The notes under the pieces are model-generated. The model was not told the DNA's origin and made no database searches. It worked only from the letters and a program-made list of their open reading frames with translations. A stretch of 64,000 bases of DNA, from NCBI GenBank assembly GCA_000004985.1, contig GG738889.1; one strand, written 5' to 3'. Within the stretch, counting starts at the first letter, position 1. Each line of letters opens with the position of its first letter. Positions 42,056-55,104 of this stretch are shown piece by piece. The position numbers were made by a program, and so were the translations under genes. This stretch comes from Naegleria gruberi (lineage: Eukaryota).

Positions 42056-42059
42056 TTTT
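42055..42059 (+). terminator. RNA polymerase III oligo-T terminator for the intron-containing tRNA.
   Basis: TTTTT immediately 3' of the acceptor stem/discriminator. Confidence 0.6.
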
Positions 42060-42515
42060 ATTATTATTATTGGTTTCAATAAATGCTGAATGCTGTAACT
42101 GATTAATTTCTGAGAATATTTATTATTCTGATGAAAACTTGATAAGAAAATATATTAAGGTTGCCATAGTATCTGAGATTAGGTCACTCGATTCTCCGAA
42201 AAAATTTTACTCATTCAAATTCCATCCTAGCAAGCCTGAAAACGAGGTGTGCAACGATGTGATAACGAAAAAACGATTTTAGAACCCTTAGAGAGGCTTA
42301 TAAAAGTCACATTGGAGAAGAGCGCTACCAGAAACTACTTTCTCAAACAACAAGAGACAATGGAATACATGGCCATGATTGAAAATTTTGCAAACATGCA
42401 TAAGAAAGCTTATTGAATGAAGATATTGTTTAAGGCAAACTCGTTCACTAATTCACTAACTTTCGAATTGATTCAATAAGACGTTTTTTTAATATATTTA
42501 TCTAAATAATTTATT

Positions 42516-43976
42516 TTAAATTTCCATTTCATCGGCCATAATATCTTGGTCAGTATAGGTTTCGTCATCCTTCTTGACTGTAAAGTTTGGAGCGACTCTA
42601 CATCTCTCCATTTTAGTTCCAGCCTCAATAACAGATCCAGAGCTAATCACACAATCCTTCAAATGAACCTTATCTTCAATAATTACGTTACCCATAATGA
42701 CTGAATTATCAATTAAAACTCCACTTCCAAGACTACAATTCTTTCCAATATTACTCTTCTTGATGGTTGGTTTGGATACCTTCTTAGTGACAGATAATCC
42801 TTCTCCAATAACACAATCAGGTCCTAACAAAACAAGATCAGCTGGTGGTGTGACATGTGTACTTTGAACCATTTCACTATAAAAATCAATATTATTCTTT
42901 CTTGCAAGCTAAAATTATTGTGAAATAATTACAATAAATTATTCAAAATAACTTACCTCTCTATTGACATGTAAATAAGAAGAAACATCGTTACATCTCT
43001 TACAAAAAACTCCTTGTCTTGTTGGGGTCTTTGCGGCTGTGGTGGTGGTAGTTGGTTTATCTTCGTGTGGAGGAACAACATGGGCAAAAACTCGAATCAC
43101 ATCACTGAGTTCAGATTCAGATGTACTCATTCTATAAGCTTCTGATAATGGGAATGGCGTAACAACAGTGGAGAGGACAGGATCTAACTTATCGGAAGAA
43201 ACTTTTTGTGAGTCAATCAAGAATGGAACCAAATCAGACTTGATAGAGTGAATATCAGGTTTTTGAACCAATAAATCAATGACCCACTTTGAAAAGATGT
43301 ATAAATGTGAATCTTTGAGGAATTTGGAAATTGAAAAGTTTGACCATCTCTTCAAGAATGAGCGTGGAATTGATAAATGTTCTTCGGAACCATCATCTGC
43401 ATCATCCGAGTCAATAATTCTATTCATAATTACACGTGATGGCTTCTTTGATAATAAATCTCTTCTCTTCTTTGTTGGTTCACCAACAATTTCTCTCTTA
43501 TAATTTGTCAATGCAAAATAATCGGATTTATCCTCTTTAGAATTAATATTTGATTCATCCTTCAAAAGGAGAGTAAGTGATGAATTATGTTGTCTATGAA
43601 TATCATAAACATTAACCAAAGGAACATCAGTAAATGTATCAACACTCATCACAACAAAATTTGTATAAATAGAATCATGAATTTGTCGTAAAGCTTCAGC
43701 ACTTTCGCAATCCTTGTTGTCCAAAGTTTTAATATCAATTTTTAATTTCCCTGGATATTCCTCGATGGCTTGTTCAATAATCTTTTGTTGTCCAGCTTTA
43801 ACAACAACAATAACATCCTTCAATCCATTCCTCTCCAAATAAGACAATGAATAGTGAATCATTGGATGATTAGCAATCGGCAGTGTTGCCTTTGGTGAGT
43901 GGTCTGAAGCGAGAGGATACAGTCTCAATCCATCTCCTCCAGCCAACAATACGGCTTGCAATTCGGTTTGCATCAT
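42516..43976 (-). CDS. EIF2B3: Translation initiation factor eIF2B subunit gamma. Two exons.
   Basis: Exons 42948..43976 and 42516..42899 with a 48-bp intron 42900..42947 (gtaagt..ttttag). N-terminal nucleotidyltransferase fold 'LQAVLLAGGDGLRLYPLASDHSPKATLPIANHPMIHYSLSYLERNGLKDVIVVV'. C-terminal left-handed beta-helix hexapeptides ending '..MEI' as in EIF2B3. Confidence 0.85.
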
Positions 43977-44374
43977 TTTTTTTAATTTTCGTTTTTTTAA
44001 AGTTTTTTCTGAATTTTTTTTAATAGAATTTTATTGGGAAGCATTTCACAATTAACTTTAATTTCTTTAAATATCAAATGGTCTTTGAAGAATATTAAAG
44101 AAGCAATCATGATTGCTGTGGAAAGAGGGGTTTATTTGAAAATGAATTTTTTTAAAAATAGATTCTTAAATTGTTGTAAAGTGTATTTAATGGTATTTAA
44201 TAATAGTATTTAACGCATATTATTTTTTTGAAAATGGACATTTTTTGGTGGACATTTTTACAGCACATTATCCTAAAAAATCAATGAAAAAACAAACCTC
44301 GCTAAAACTTTTCCTATAAATTTGATGCCCAGAACACATGCCACTTAACAACAACCAAAAACAATAAGAAAAAA

Positions 44375-45528
44375 ATGTCTCTAATCAACAACAACTCTGA
44401 AAATACTCCTATTAAAATTACCAATTATGTCAGACTTGGCAATACTGGATTGAAAGTCTCTCCACTCTGTTTAGGTTGCATGAGTTTTGGCAGCTCGAAA
44501 TGGGAACCTTGGGTTTTGGAAGAGGAAGAATCATTGAAAATCCTCAAACGTGCCTTTGATTTGGGAATTAACTTTTTCGACACTGCTGATGTTTATTCGA
44601 ATGGAGAAAGTGAAAGAATTTTGGGTAAATTCTTGAAGGAGAATCAAATTCCGAGAGAGAATGTTGTCTTGGCCACTAAGGTATTCTCTCCAGTGGATCA
44701 TTCAGGTCAACAAGAGAATAAGATTAAGAGTTTGGGAAAGGGAATTCCAAATACTTTTGGATTGTCAAGAAAACACATCATGCATGCTGTTGATTATTCA
44801 TTGAAGAATTTGCAAACTGATTGTAAGTTGTTTTAATTTTTTTCGAAAGATTTAATATTATGGGAATAATAGATATTGACTTGTACATTATTCATCGTTG
44901 GGATAATAATACTCCAATTGAGGAAACTATGGAAGCTCTCCACGATTTGGTTAAATCAGGAAAGGTCAGATACATTGGCGCCTCTTCAATGTGGGCATGG
45001 CAATTTGCCAAGGCACAACACGTGGCCGAAATGAAAGGTTGGACAAAGTTTGTTTCCATGCAAAATCTCTACAATTTAGTGTATCGTGAGGAGGAACGTG
45101 AAATGATTCCTCTCTGTATCGATCAAAAAGTTACTCTAACTCCTTGGTCTCCGTTAGCCAGAGGATTACTTGCAAGAGCTAGTGAACTAATCCGAGCCGA
45201 AACCAATCAAGAAAATCAAGACTCAGCAACTACAAGAGCCAATTCAGATTTCTATGCCAAGGCCATGAAGAATTCATTGAAGGAAAGTGATTTGGAAATA
45301 TTGAGAAGAGTGGACGAATTGAGCTCCAAAAAACAATGCACCAATGCTCAACTTTCTCTCGCATGGATGCTCCACAAACCATTCGTCTCCTCTCCAGTCA
45401 TTGGCGTTACCAAATTGGAAAATATCGAAGCTAACATTGCAGCTTGTTATATTCAATTATCAGAAGAGGAATTGAAATATTTGGAGGAACCTTACCAAGC
45501 CAAAGCAGTCATGGGAAATCTACAATAA
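44375..45528 (+). CDS. Aldo-keto reductase (aryl-alcohol dehydrogenase / Kv-beta-like AKR). Two exons.
   Basis: Exons 44375..44822 and 44873..45528 with a 50-bp intron 44823..44872 (gtaagt..aatag). Splicing creates the AKR signature '..LQTDYIDLYIIHRWD'. Also has 'GINFFDTADVYSNGESERILG'. Confidence 0.85.
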
Positions 45529-45597
45529 ACATTTAGCAACATTTCTAAAAATTGTCTTTTTTGATTTTCAAAACCTTCTCTGTTCTTATCAAGAGGG

Positions 45598-48500
45598 TTG
45601 GGAATTCACAAAGATTCAAAAATTCTAAAATTGGAACAATCAGAAATGCAAAGTCAAATAAAAAAAATGTCACAACAACCCACTCAACCACCTCCCAATG
45701 ATAATGATATCAATATTCTGAGATATCCAACAATAACCCCTACTAATAATAAGAAACCACACAAAGGTGGTTTTATTAAAATTCCAATCACTCCAAACTC
45801 AACCAATGACACAATCGATCCACAGAATATTAACCAGAAGACCAACACTTCTTTATCCACCACTACTATAGATGCTAATGTGAAGCCTGTAGTATTGAAT
45901 AATACATCTCCTACTGATGGAAAAAGAAACAAGCCAAAGAAGAAGAATGATGCGTCATCAAATGCATTGAATGTTGGTGGTCAATCAAGTGCTGCATCTT
46001 CATCATTGGATGTTGTTGTACCTCCATCACCATCATCCGAAGCATCTGCATCATCATCATCTACATTCAGTAAGAAAGGTAGAGAATTTAAACCCTCCGA
46101 ACATGCAAACAAGAGATTTTCACAAGTACTTTTAATGTGTGGAAAATGTAATTCATGTCTTGCTGCCAATACTTTGGAAGCCTCTCACATGTTTAGTGTT
46201 TTCAAAGATGATCGTACGAGACATGCTGTTCTGAAGGATCAAAATGTGATTGGGAATACCTTGATTGAGAAGGAAACCAATTTCAAGTTTGAAAAGAAAA
46301 ACGAAAAGTACCGAAAGACTCACATGTTATATTGTAAAGCATGTAATCAAAAAGTGGGTTCTAGATTTCCAGGCAATTATCCAGATACTGAATTGCCTAA
46401 AAGAATGTTCGATGGTAGTGATTGTAAGGTTTCATGTAAGGAGTTGAATAATGATGATGGACAAGATGTTGTAATGAATGTTGAAGAGTGGAGAACTTTG
46501 AGTAGTTCATTGAGAGATTATGGATTATATCCTCCACGTCATGTATCTTCTCAAGATTCATCGAGAAATAATTCCAGAGATGGTTCTTTCAAGAAGGATT
46601 TCAATGGAAAGAAACCAGTAGAAAGTGGGACGAATGAAAACAAATTTCAAAAGAAGGAATTTAACAAGAAGAGTTTTGAAAAGAAGAATCATCAACCAAA
46701 TGAACCGATTACATCAATCCCATTTATAAGCAACAATGAGGTGGATAATATCTTTGGAAGAAACAATCAAGGATCGTCATCTTCATCACCATTCATCAGA
46801 AACATTTCTCCAAAATTTGGTCAATTGTCTCAAGCAAGAGTTCAAAAAGATTTGCCTCCAAAAAAGGAAAAGAAAGATTACACAATCAAAACTGTTAAGG
46901 GTATTGGTTTTTATATTGACAATTCACTTTTCAATGAAAATCAAAAAGAATATTTCATCAAGAACTTAACACAAGAAGAATTCAAATCAATATTCAATAA
47001 GGGAGGTCTTTTAGAGGAACAAGAAGTTAATTTTTCAATTATTGAAAAGCTCATGAAGGTCTTTGCCCATGAGCAAATAGAATTATCAACTAACAAGTCA
47101 CTAATCACCCCAATCTTTTCTCATCTCATGAATAGCTTATTTTGGAGAAGAGTTGTAAAGAAATATATTGTACAGGATGTAATTGATGATGAACAAGTTA
47201 AAGACTTGATCACAGTTTTTCACAGATGCTTGGAGTTTTGTCCACAGGAAGCTGAGAGAGTTTTCATTGAAGAATTAGAAAAGGTGTACATTGACAAATT
47301 CGTCTCTCAAGATTATCAGGAATCCATTATGGCAATCAAGAAAAGGAAGCAAGCACTCAAATTGGCCAACTCAAAGATGGATAAAGGACCACTACCTGAA
47401 CAACAAGAAATCAACGAAAATGATGAAAATGAATTTGAGGAAATTAGTGTCTTTCCAACTTTCAATGAATTGACTTCGAATGAAAGATTCAAAGTTAGAA
47501 ACAATGTTGATGGCCCTTATTCTTCTTTGAGAGAATATATTAGGACTCAAATATTGTTATTGAGAGAGGATTTTATTCATCCACTCAAGGATGGCATTCA
47601 ATCTTTCCTTTCCAATAATTGTAACCATAGATCAATTTCAGTTTTCACAGATTGTCAATTCGTGTCTGTTATTTCATCAGATAATGAACGTGAATTAGTT
47701 CATTCTCTTTCATTCCATTATCCTTGGAGAAGGATCAATTGGGAATGTACCAAAAAATTAGCTTTCGGTTCCCTTCTCTGTTTATTCCCACAAGAAGGTT
47801 CTGGAAAGAATGCAACCATTGTAAAATCAGAGCCAATATTTGTAACAGTTTTGGATAGAAAATCGGTCTCAAAAGAATTAATTTATGTTGGTTTGAGTAG
47901 AGTTGAGGATTTCAAGAGACTTTCTCTCGTTGGAAAATATGTCATGTTTGAATCACCTGCTTATTTCGCTGGAGTTAGACCTGTCATTGATTCTCTCAAT
48001 ATGATTCTCAATGAAACCTTAATTGACCAATCCAAATTTACATTTTATGATGAATTCATCAAATTGAAACAACAAACTCCACCACAATATATCGAAAGAG
48101 ATAGTTTTATGAATTTAGATGTTATCAAGGGAGATCAAAGAAGATCGACTCAATCAGATTTATCTACTGGAAGAAAAACTAATATTTTGAGTAATTGGAT
48201 TGAGGATAATGAGACTTTCCTTGATCCTAGTCAAAACAAGGCCATTCAACACGTTATGAGAAATAGAGTTTCAATTGTAAGTATAAGAAATCAAACTATT
48301 GCTCTAATTTTGAAAGGTAATTGGACCTCCAGGTTGTGGAAAAACGTTTACAGGAATTGAGATTGCTAAATTATTGAAGAGTCACCCAGATATGAAAAAT
48401 AGACAATTAATATGTATTACTTATACTAATCATGCTCTTGATCAATTTTTAGAAGGTTTAATTGATTATTTCCCAGATATTGTCAGAATTGGCAGTAGAA

Positions 48501-51500
48501 GTAAGAGTCAGAATGAGAAACTATTGAATAGAAACCTTTCTAAAATGAGATATTTGCCACAATATCTATATGTAGAAAAGCAAAAGTGTGAAGCTGAATT
48601 GAGAAGGTTGTCACTCACAATTGGTGCAACAGAACTTTCTATCAAGAATCCAGACGATAGTTTACTTCGCCACTTGGCAAAATCATTTGTATTTAATAGA
48701 GCTCTCTCAAAATTCCCAATTCACCTGTATAGCAAGAGAAATCCACCTCCAGAAACCTTACAAGCCATGTTCAGAGCTTGGTTAGGAGGAGACGATCTCA
48801 GAAGAAAGGAGAGTTTACAAAAGAACATGCAAAAGGCCTATAGAACTGCTAATTTCTTTAGAGTTCTACAAGAAAATAACAATGAAACACAAGAAGAAGA
48901 CGAGGAGGAGGAGAAGCTCATTATTGAAGAGGAACCTCAGAGAGAAATCATTCCACAAGAAGAAGTTATTGTGGAAGAAGTTGAAGATGAAATCGAAGAA
49001 GAAATTGAAGCCGAATTGATTAATGAAGAAATGAGAAATATATTTGGCTATGAAGAAAATGAAATCACCAATGAAGTTGCTATTACTAAAATGTATGAAG
49101 ATTTAGAGGATGCATCAGATATTCAATCAGAAACTCGAGCAGAAATCCAAAAAATAGAGCAAATAGTCAAGCAATGTGGGGATATTTACAGAATTCCTCT
49201 CAAGAAGAGAATTTCAATGCTCAACCCATTGAGAATTTTGAATGAGAAACTACTCAAGGCACGTCTCATTGATTTATGTCATCTTAGAAGCCACTATGAG
49301 AATAGAAAATACGAAATTATTATGGATGGAGATTATGACAAATTGAAAACTGCCTCAGTTATTGGATTGACTTCTACAGCTGCTTCCATGAATAGACAAC
49401 TATTGAATAGATTAAAGTCACCTGTCTATCTCATTGAAGAAGCTGCTGAATTATTGGAATGTCAAATTACTTCTGTATTGCATCCAAATGTTGAACATTT
49501 AATTATGATTGGTGATGAGAAACAACTTCAACCTAAAGTCAACTCTTACTACTTGGAGAAGAATTGTGATTTCACTGTGAGTTTATTCGAAAGATTGATC
49601 AGAAATGGATTGGAATATTCTTCACTCAATGTCCAACAAAGAATGAGACCAGAAGTTAGAGAATTAGTCGATATGTTCTATGAGAAACTAATTGACCATG
49701 AAAGTGTTAAACAATTCGAAAATGTTAATGGAGTGAGTAAGAATGTTTGCTTTATTGAACACAAGAAATTAGAAAAGACCTCAGATGATGTTCAATCATT
49801 GACCAATCCACATGAAGCTGAGTTTTTATGCAAGTTTTCAAAGTATCTTCTCAATGTCAGACAATTCAAGGCAAGTCAAATTACAATTCTGACACCTTAT
49901 AGAGGACAAGTTATTTTGATTAAAAAGACACTCAGGGAATTGCTTAATCAAGACTTGTATAGAGAATTGAGAGTTTCTACTGTTGATGATTATCAAGGAG
50001 AAGAAAATGAGATTATTTTACTTTCGTTGGTGAGATCGAATAACTTTGAAAATCTTGGATTTGTTAAGATTACCAACAGAATTATTGTTTCATTGAGTAG
50101 AGCAAAGAAGGGTCTCTACATTATTGGCAATCACGATTTGTTAAGAAATAACGAAGATTGGAGAAAGGTCTTTGCTAGACTAAAACATTCGGATAGAATT
50201 TTGGATCATTTACCTCTCTCCTGTCCAACACACTCTGAAGAAAGAGAATGCATAAGAGAACCAAGTGATTTTGATGGTGTTATCTGGGGAGGGTGTAAGA
50301 AACCATGTACTTATCGTTATCCATGTGGACACATTTGTTCATTACCGTGCCATCATGATTCATTACATAAGGAAAGAAAATGTGAAAAGATTTGTGGTGA
50401 AAAATATGAAGATTGTGGTCATAGATGCGAGGACAAGTGTCATCATGGAAAATCCTGTCCAAAATGTAAAACTAAAGTTGACTACAAGTTTGTGGCATGT
50501 GGACATGTTACAAAAGTTGCATGCCACTTGAAAAATACTACTCAATTGTGCAAATCAACGTGTAACAAACTTCTTGGATGTGGACATAATTGTAGAGGAC
50601 AATGTGGACAATGTGGATTAACTGGTTGTGGACCATGTATTGCCACAGTCAAAGATTATTGTGAAACTTGTAAGAAACCATATGAAAGAAGATGTTCAGA
50701 GCCAAGAATCTGTACAAATCGTTGTACTGTCAAACTATCTTGTGGACATGCATGTTCTGGAAAGTGTGGTGAATGCTCAACCAGTGGAACTCATAAAGTT
50801 TGTGGATTCAAGTGTGAGAGAAAACTCATTTGTGGACATATTTGTAAAGCTAAACATACTTGTAGTAATCCGTGTCCAAAATGTGAGGAAATGTAAGTAT
50901 TTCAATTTATGCTTTGATTTTTATAATTTCCATAGTTGTAAATTCAAATGTTTCCATAATATTCAATGCAAGCTTGCTTGCCATGAAATGTGTCACAAGT
51001 GTAAGGAGCCATGTCCAATTCAATGCCCACACAGAAAATGTACAAATCTTTGTCATGAGTTGTGTAATGTGGAGCCATGCAATGAGAAGTGTCCAAACAT
51101 CTGTTCAAAATGTAATCATCAATGTATGGGACTTTGTGGAGAGCCATGTCCACCATGTATGTATTGCGATACTCTGAAGAAAGAGGAGGAAGAAATGTGG
51201 CAATGCCCAATCTCTTTTTACACATTTGAAGATTTAATTCAAAGCGACGATTCGAGGGTTTATCATTTACCTGAATGTGGACACACCATTGAACTTGAAT
51301 CAATGGATAATTGTGTGAAAACCTTCTTTGATACGGAACAAGGAGTTTCAATCAAATACTTGTCATGTCCAGTGTGTAGAACTCCAATATTTACTTCTCC
51401 AAGATATCAACACTCTATCAAGCAATCTGTTGAAAGAATGGAAAATCTCAAATATGTAATTTACAAAAAGGCAGAGGAGGAAAAAGAAAGAAAGCAAGCT

Positions 51501-51725
51501 ATTAAGGCTGTCTCTGCTGGCTATGCTTCTGGTCATTGGTTCACTTGTCCAAATGGTCATCCATATTTCATTGGTGATTGTGGAGGAGCCATGCAACAGA
51601 GTACTTGTGTTGATTGTGGAGAACAAATTGGAGGTTCTAATCATACACTATTGGCTTCTAATCGTTTAGCAACTGAGATTGATGGTTCCACAGCCCCAGC
51701 TTGGCCAACTGCTCTTAATAGATAA
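45598..51725 (+). CDS. ZNFX1: NFX1-type zinc-finger-containing helicase, ZNFX1-like (Upf1-like SF1 helicase, NF-X1 zinc fingers and a C-terminal RZ-type zinc finger). Three exons, ~2000 aa.
   Basis: Exons 45598..48276, 48317..50892 and 50936..51725, with introns of 40 bp (gtaagt..gaaag) and 43 bp (gtaagt..ccatag). Splicing restores Walker A 'VSIVIGPPGCGKTFTG'. Helicase C-terminal block 'TVDDYQGEENEIILLSLVRS'. Many CxxC/CxH NF-X1 repeats (50300..51170). RZ finger 'GHWFTCPNGHPYFIGDCGGAMQQSTCVDCGEQIGGSNH'. Confidence 0.8.
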
Positions 51726-51779
51726 ATATGAGCAAACAGAAGAATAAAAACAAATATTGAATGTCTAAATATTTCAGCT

Positions 51780-54398
51780 TTATATTTTCAAATTACTTTG
51801 TTGTTGCATGAAAAAGAAGTGAGCTCTTCTCTCCTTTGCATTCTCAAAGTCTTTTCTATGATAAAAAGATTTCAATAGCATGTCATACTCGATGTGAGTT
51901 CTGTTAAATCCTCTACTATTGAGTTGTTCATACTCTTCACTAAACTTTTTGTGTGCTTCAATGTTGCTTTGTAAGGATATCAAAGCAGAGTCAATGTAAA
52001 GTTTTCTGATGGAGGATATTCTTCCAAGGAGAGATTTCTCATATTTGAGTCCCAATCTTTTCATTCTATCCTCAATAACACCACTTTGCTCCTCAGAAAC
52101 TCTCATATCTTCCTCTCTGACATGAATTTCCTCTTTGAGTCTTTCCATATTATTTTCAATAGTTAAAAGCTTCAATCTAATGGCAGAGAGTTTTTGTAAT
52201 TGAGAACGATTCTTGTCCACTTCAATGGTTTCTTGAAGAGTTAGAGCTTCAACAGCTCCCATAATATTATGGCACAATTCTCTAATGGAAGGATGTGTTG
52301 GAATGATGTAATCTTCCAAATATTGTTTGGAGCAGAAATTCATGACAAATATCTTTCTGGTACCAATGGCATTTTGAAGGTAAACATTCAATGAAGAGAA
52401 GAAACGAGATTCGAATAGAGTACAAAAATCCTCCTTATCACCAGGACAATCGAATTCTGCCTTCATCCACTTGAAGCAAGCTTCCCAAACTTGTTGACAA
52501 TAATTCTCAGAATTTCTTGCATTTTCTCTCCAAAGAATTCTAAAGTTATTGTTAATACCGTGCTTGAGCAATTGTTCAACCTCTTCAATGACTTGAGATG
52601 GGAAGCAAGCTGGAGCCACTGTTTGTGTAAACATTCTAATGGCAGCCTCTGCGTTCATTTCAGATAATTTCACAATGGCCTCCATCTCCAAAGGACAAGC
52701 TGGATTGAGATCAGCTTTGACAGCTCTTTGATAGAATTCGATGGATTTTTGCATTTGTTTTTCGAGGAGTGCCTTGGCAAAATCGTTCAAAATCTTCTCG
52801 TATAATACAGAGCCATTATCTAGCATGTGCCCGTTGGTAATATCACTCTGTCTTGTTTGGTTACTCTCTGCTACACAATGTTCCAAATAATGTCTACATG
52901 TTTCACCATTTGATTTCACTTGATCCCATCGAGAGATTGACCATCCAAATTGGAGCTTACTACTGATGTCATTGACAAAGCACCAAAGCTCATCATCGTA
53001 TGAGAGTCGTGCAAAATTATTCATATTTACAGTAATGCCATGAATTTTACCAAACCAGTTCAATAAAACAGACATAAAGTTGAGAGATTGATTCTTATTT
53101 TCAGAGATTCTATCCTTAATCTCCAGCATGAGGTCATCCAATTCGATAGAACTTGTTCTATTACTGGAGTTGCTGACCTTCGTCGAGGTATCCATACTAC
53201 ACACGAGGAGGGATGGCATACTCGAGTAGGAACCAAACAATGGTGGATCATGTGTTGGTTCAATGAGATTGTCAAGGTTGTACATCCACGAGTCGTCTGA
53301 CTTGTCCTTACAAACAATGACTGTAGAACTGAACAAGATGATAAATCTCATCAGGTTCTTTCTCAAATTATTAATACTGGAGAGATTGGATTCATTACTA
53401 CAATCAAAAATATCCTCCTCAATATTTAAATCTGTCTCATTATCATAATCAAATAAATTATAAGCTCGAATAAATAGAACGTTTTGGTTCTTTCCCTTGT
53501 GTGATTTTCTAACTCTACACAGAGGTCTAGTATACATGTACAAGCATGGAAGCTCAGTATCTTCCTCGGAAAGTGAGCTTGGGAATGCATTGGTAATACC
53601 CAACAATTGGTTCAAAATGTCGCTGGCATTTCCCTTATTCTTAGTTCTATCAGGGAAGCATTGCAAAGCGGTAACTATACAAATCTCTTTAGATTTAATC
53701 TTTTCAATGAGTTGGCTGAGAATGTTATCATTGAGAGTCCATTCCAATTTAATCAAATCAAATTTACAGAACCAATCACACTGACTACATCCAATATTAT
53801 TTTCATAGTTCAAATATAAATCTCTATATGGATCATAGTAATAATTGGAGATGTCATTATCTGAAAGTTCACTATTTCTTGGTTTACTAAATCCATCATA
53901 ACAAGATGGCTCTATTATCTTATCCCTAACACACAAGATTCTCCACAATGAAAAATTAGAAACATTCTCACAAAATATAATATTATAGAAATGTTTGCAT
54001 GAAAGAGAGAATTGAAATATTTCCCTCTTCCCCAAAAACGACATAATTTCAGATAGGTCATCATTAGAAATATTCAAAATTAATGATCTTGTCTTTTCCA
54101 ATACTTTAGACGAATGTTCTTCTTCCTCCAATGTTGACCTCAAATTATTTCTACTATGATGATGTTGATTCAATGTTTGTCTAAATAAATTCCTAAAATC
54201 ATTCTGTTGCTGATTTGAAGACATTGAAAAGGTCGGAATGTATGATTGTTGTTGATCAACAAGCACAGCATTTGTATTAGCATGATTGTTATGATGTTGA
54301 TGCTGAGAAGTAGTGGTAGTTGGACTATCAGTTGCCTCTGCATCCTCTCTTCCGTATGCCCAATCAGTAAGTAGACTTGTAATATTATTCATGAACAT
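51780..54398 (-). CDS. F-box-like domain protein with a large uncharacterised central region and a C-terminal coiled coil.
   Basis: 872-aa intronless ORF. 'LSEIMSFLGKREIFQFSLSCKHFYNIIF' is F-box-like. The C-terminal ~150 aa is heptad-rich (LKLLTIENNMERLKEEIHVREEDMRVSEEQ). Confidence 0.5.
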   Translation of the reverse strand: MFMNNITSLLTDWAYGREDAEATDSPTTTTSQHQHHNNHANTNAVLVDQQQSYIPTFSMSSNQQQNDFRNLFRQTLNQHHHSRNNLRSTLEEEEHSSKVLEKTRSLILNISNDDLSEIMSFLGKREIFQFSLSCKHFYNIIFCENVSNFSLWRILCVRDKIIEPSCYDGFSKPRNSELSDNDISNYYYDPYRDLYLNYENNIGCSQCDWFCKFDLIKLEWTLNDNILSQLIEKIKSKEICIVTALQCFPDRTKNKGNASDILNQLLGITNAFPSSLSEEDTELPCLYMYTRPLCRVRKSHKGKNQNVLFIRAYNLFDYDNETDLNIEEDIFDCSNESNLSSINNLRKNLMRFIILFSSTVIVCKDKSDDSWMYNLDNLIEPTHDPPLFGSYSSMPSLLVCSMDTSTKVSNSSNRTSSIELDDLMLEIKDRISENKNQSLNFMSVLLNWFGKIHGITVNMNNFARLSYDDELWCFVNDISSKLQFGWSISRWDQVKSNGETCRHYLEHCVAESNQTRQSDITNGHMLDNGSVLYEKILNDFAKALLEKQMQKSIEFYQRAVKADLNPACPLEMEAIVKLSEMNAEAAIRMFTQTVAPACFPSQVIEEVEQLLKHGINNNFRILWRENARNSENYCQQVWEACFKWMKAEFDCPGDKEDFCTLFESRFFSSLNVYLQNAIGTRKIFVMNFCSKQYLEDYIIPTHPSIRELCHNIMGAVEALTLQETIEVDKNRSQLQKLSAIRLKLLTIENNMERLKEEIHVREEDMRVSEEQSGVIEDRMKRLGLKYEKSLLGRISSIRKLYIDSALISLQSNIEAHKKFSEEYEQLNSRGFNRTHIEYDMLLKSFYHRKDFENAKERRAHFFFMQQQSNLKI

Positions 54399-55104
54399 GA
54401 TGATTTTCTATTCGGTTCTTATTATAGTGATGATGAGGATGCTTTCCGTGCAATCTTTTCATTGAGTAAATCAAAGCAGTCTCATGAAAATCTCTTGTGT
54501 TATTCGTTGGCGTGATGCTGCTGTGTGATGCTATTTTTGTTGTGTGGTGATGTAATTGCTGACGTCTTGTATTTCGTTACAAAGCCAACGAGCAACAACA
54601 AATAACAAAGTAAATAATTCAAATGGCTTCTAAATTAATTAACCGAAAGTATGTTAGGTAGGAAGTGAGAGTTTAATTGTATTGGAGTTAAGAGTAAAAG
54701 TTTGAATAAGAACCATTCGATTGTCGTTGCTCTTGTGTGCACCTTGGATAAACAACGCCACAAAATTAACTGTAGTGATGTGACATTTTGGGTCTCTGCT
54801 CAAGATTTATCTCTGTTCCGATATTGGTAGTGGTAATCATCAAAGAATTGGAAGATTTTAATGACTGAGAAATACATTGTCGACAAGATTTTGTCAGATA
54901 TTTTCATTATATCCAACAATAACATTGTCAAGGCGAGCCTCTGAAGATATATTAGATTGATAATTGATTTGAAAAACTGTACAGGTTCGCTTATTATAAA
55001 ATGACGGTTACCCATTTTATCAAAGTTCGTTACAGTTACACAAAAATATTTTTCAATATTATTTCCTCACAGCAGCAGATATTTTTCAAAAACACTGAGA
55101 AAAA

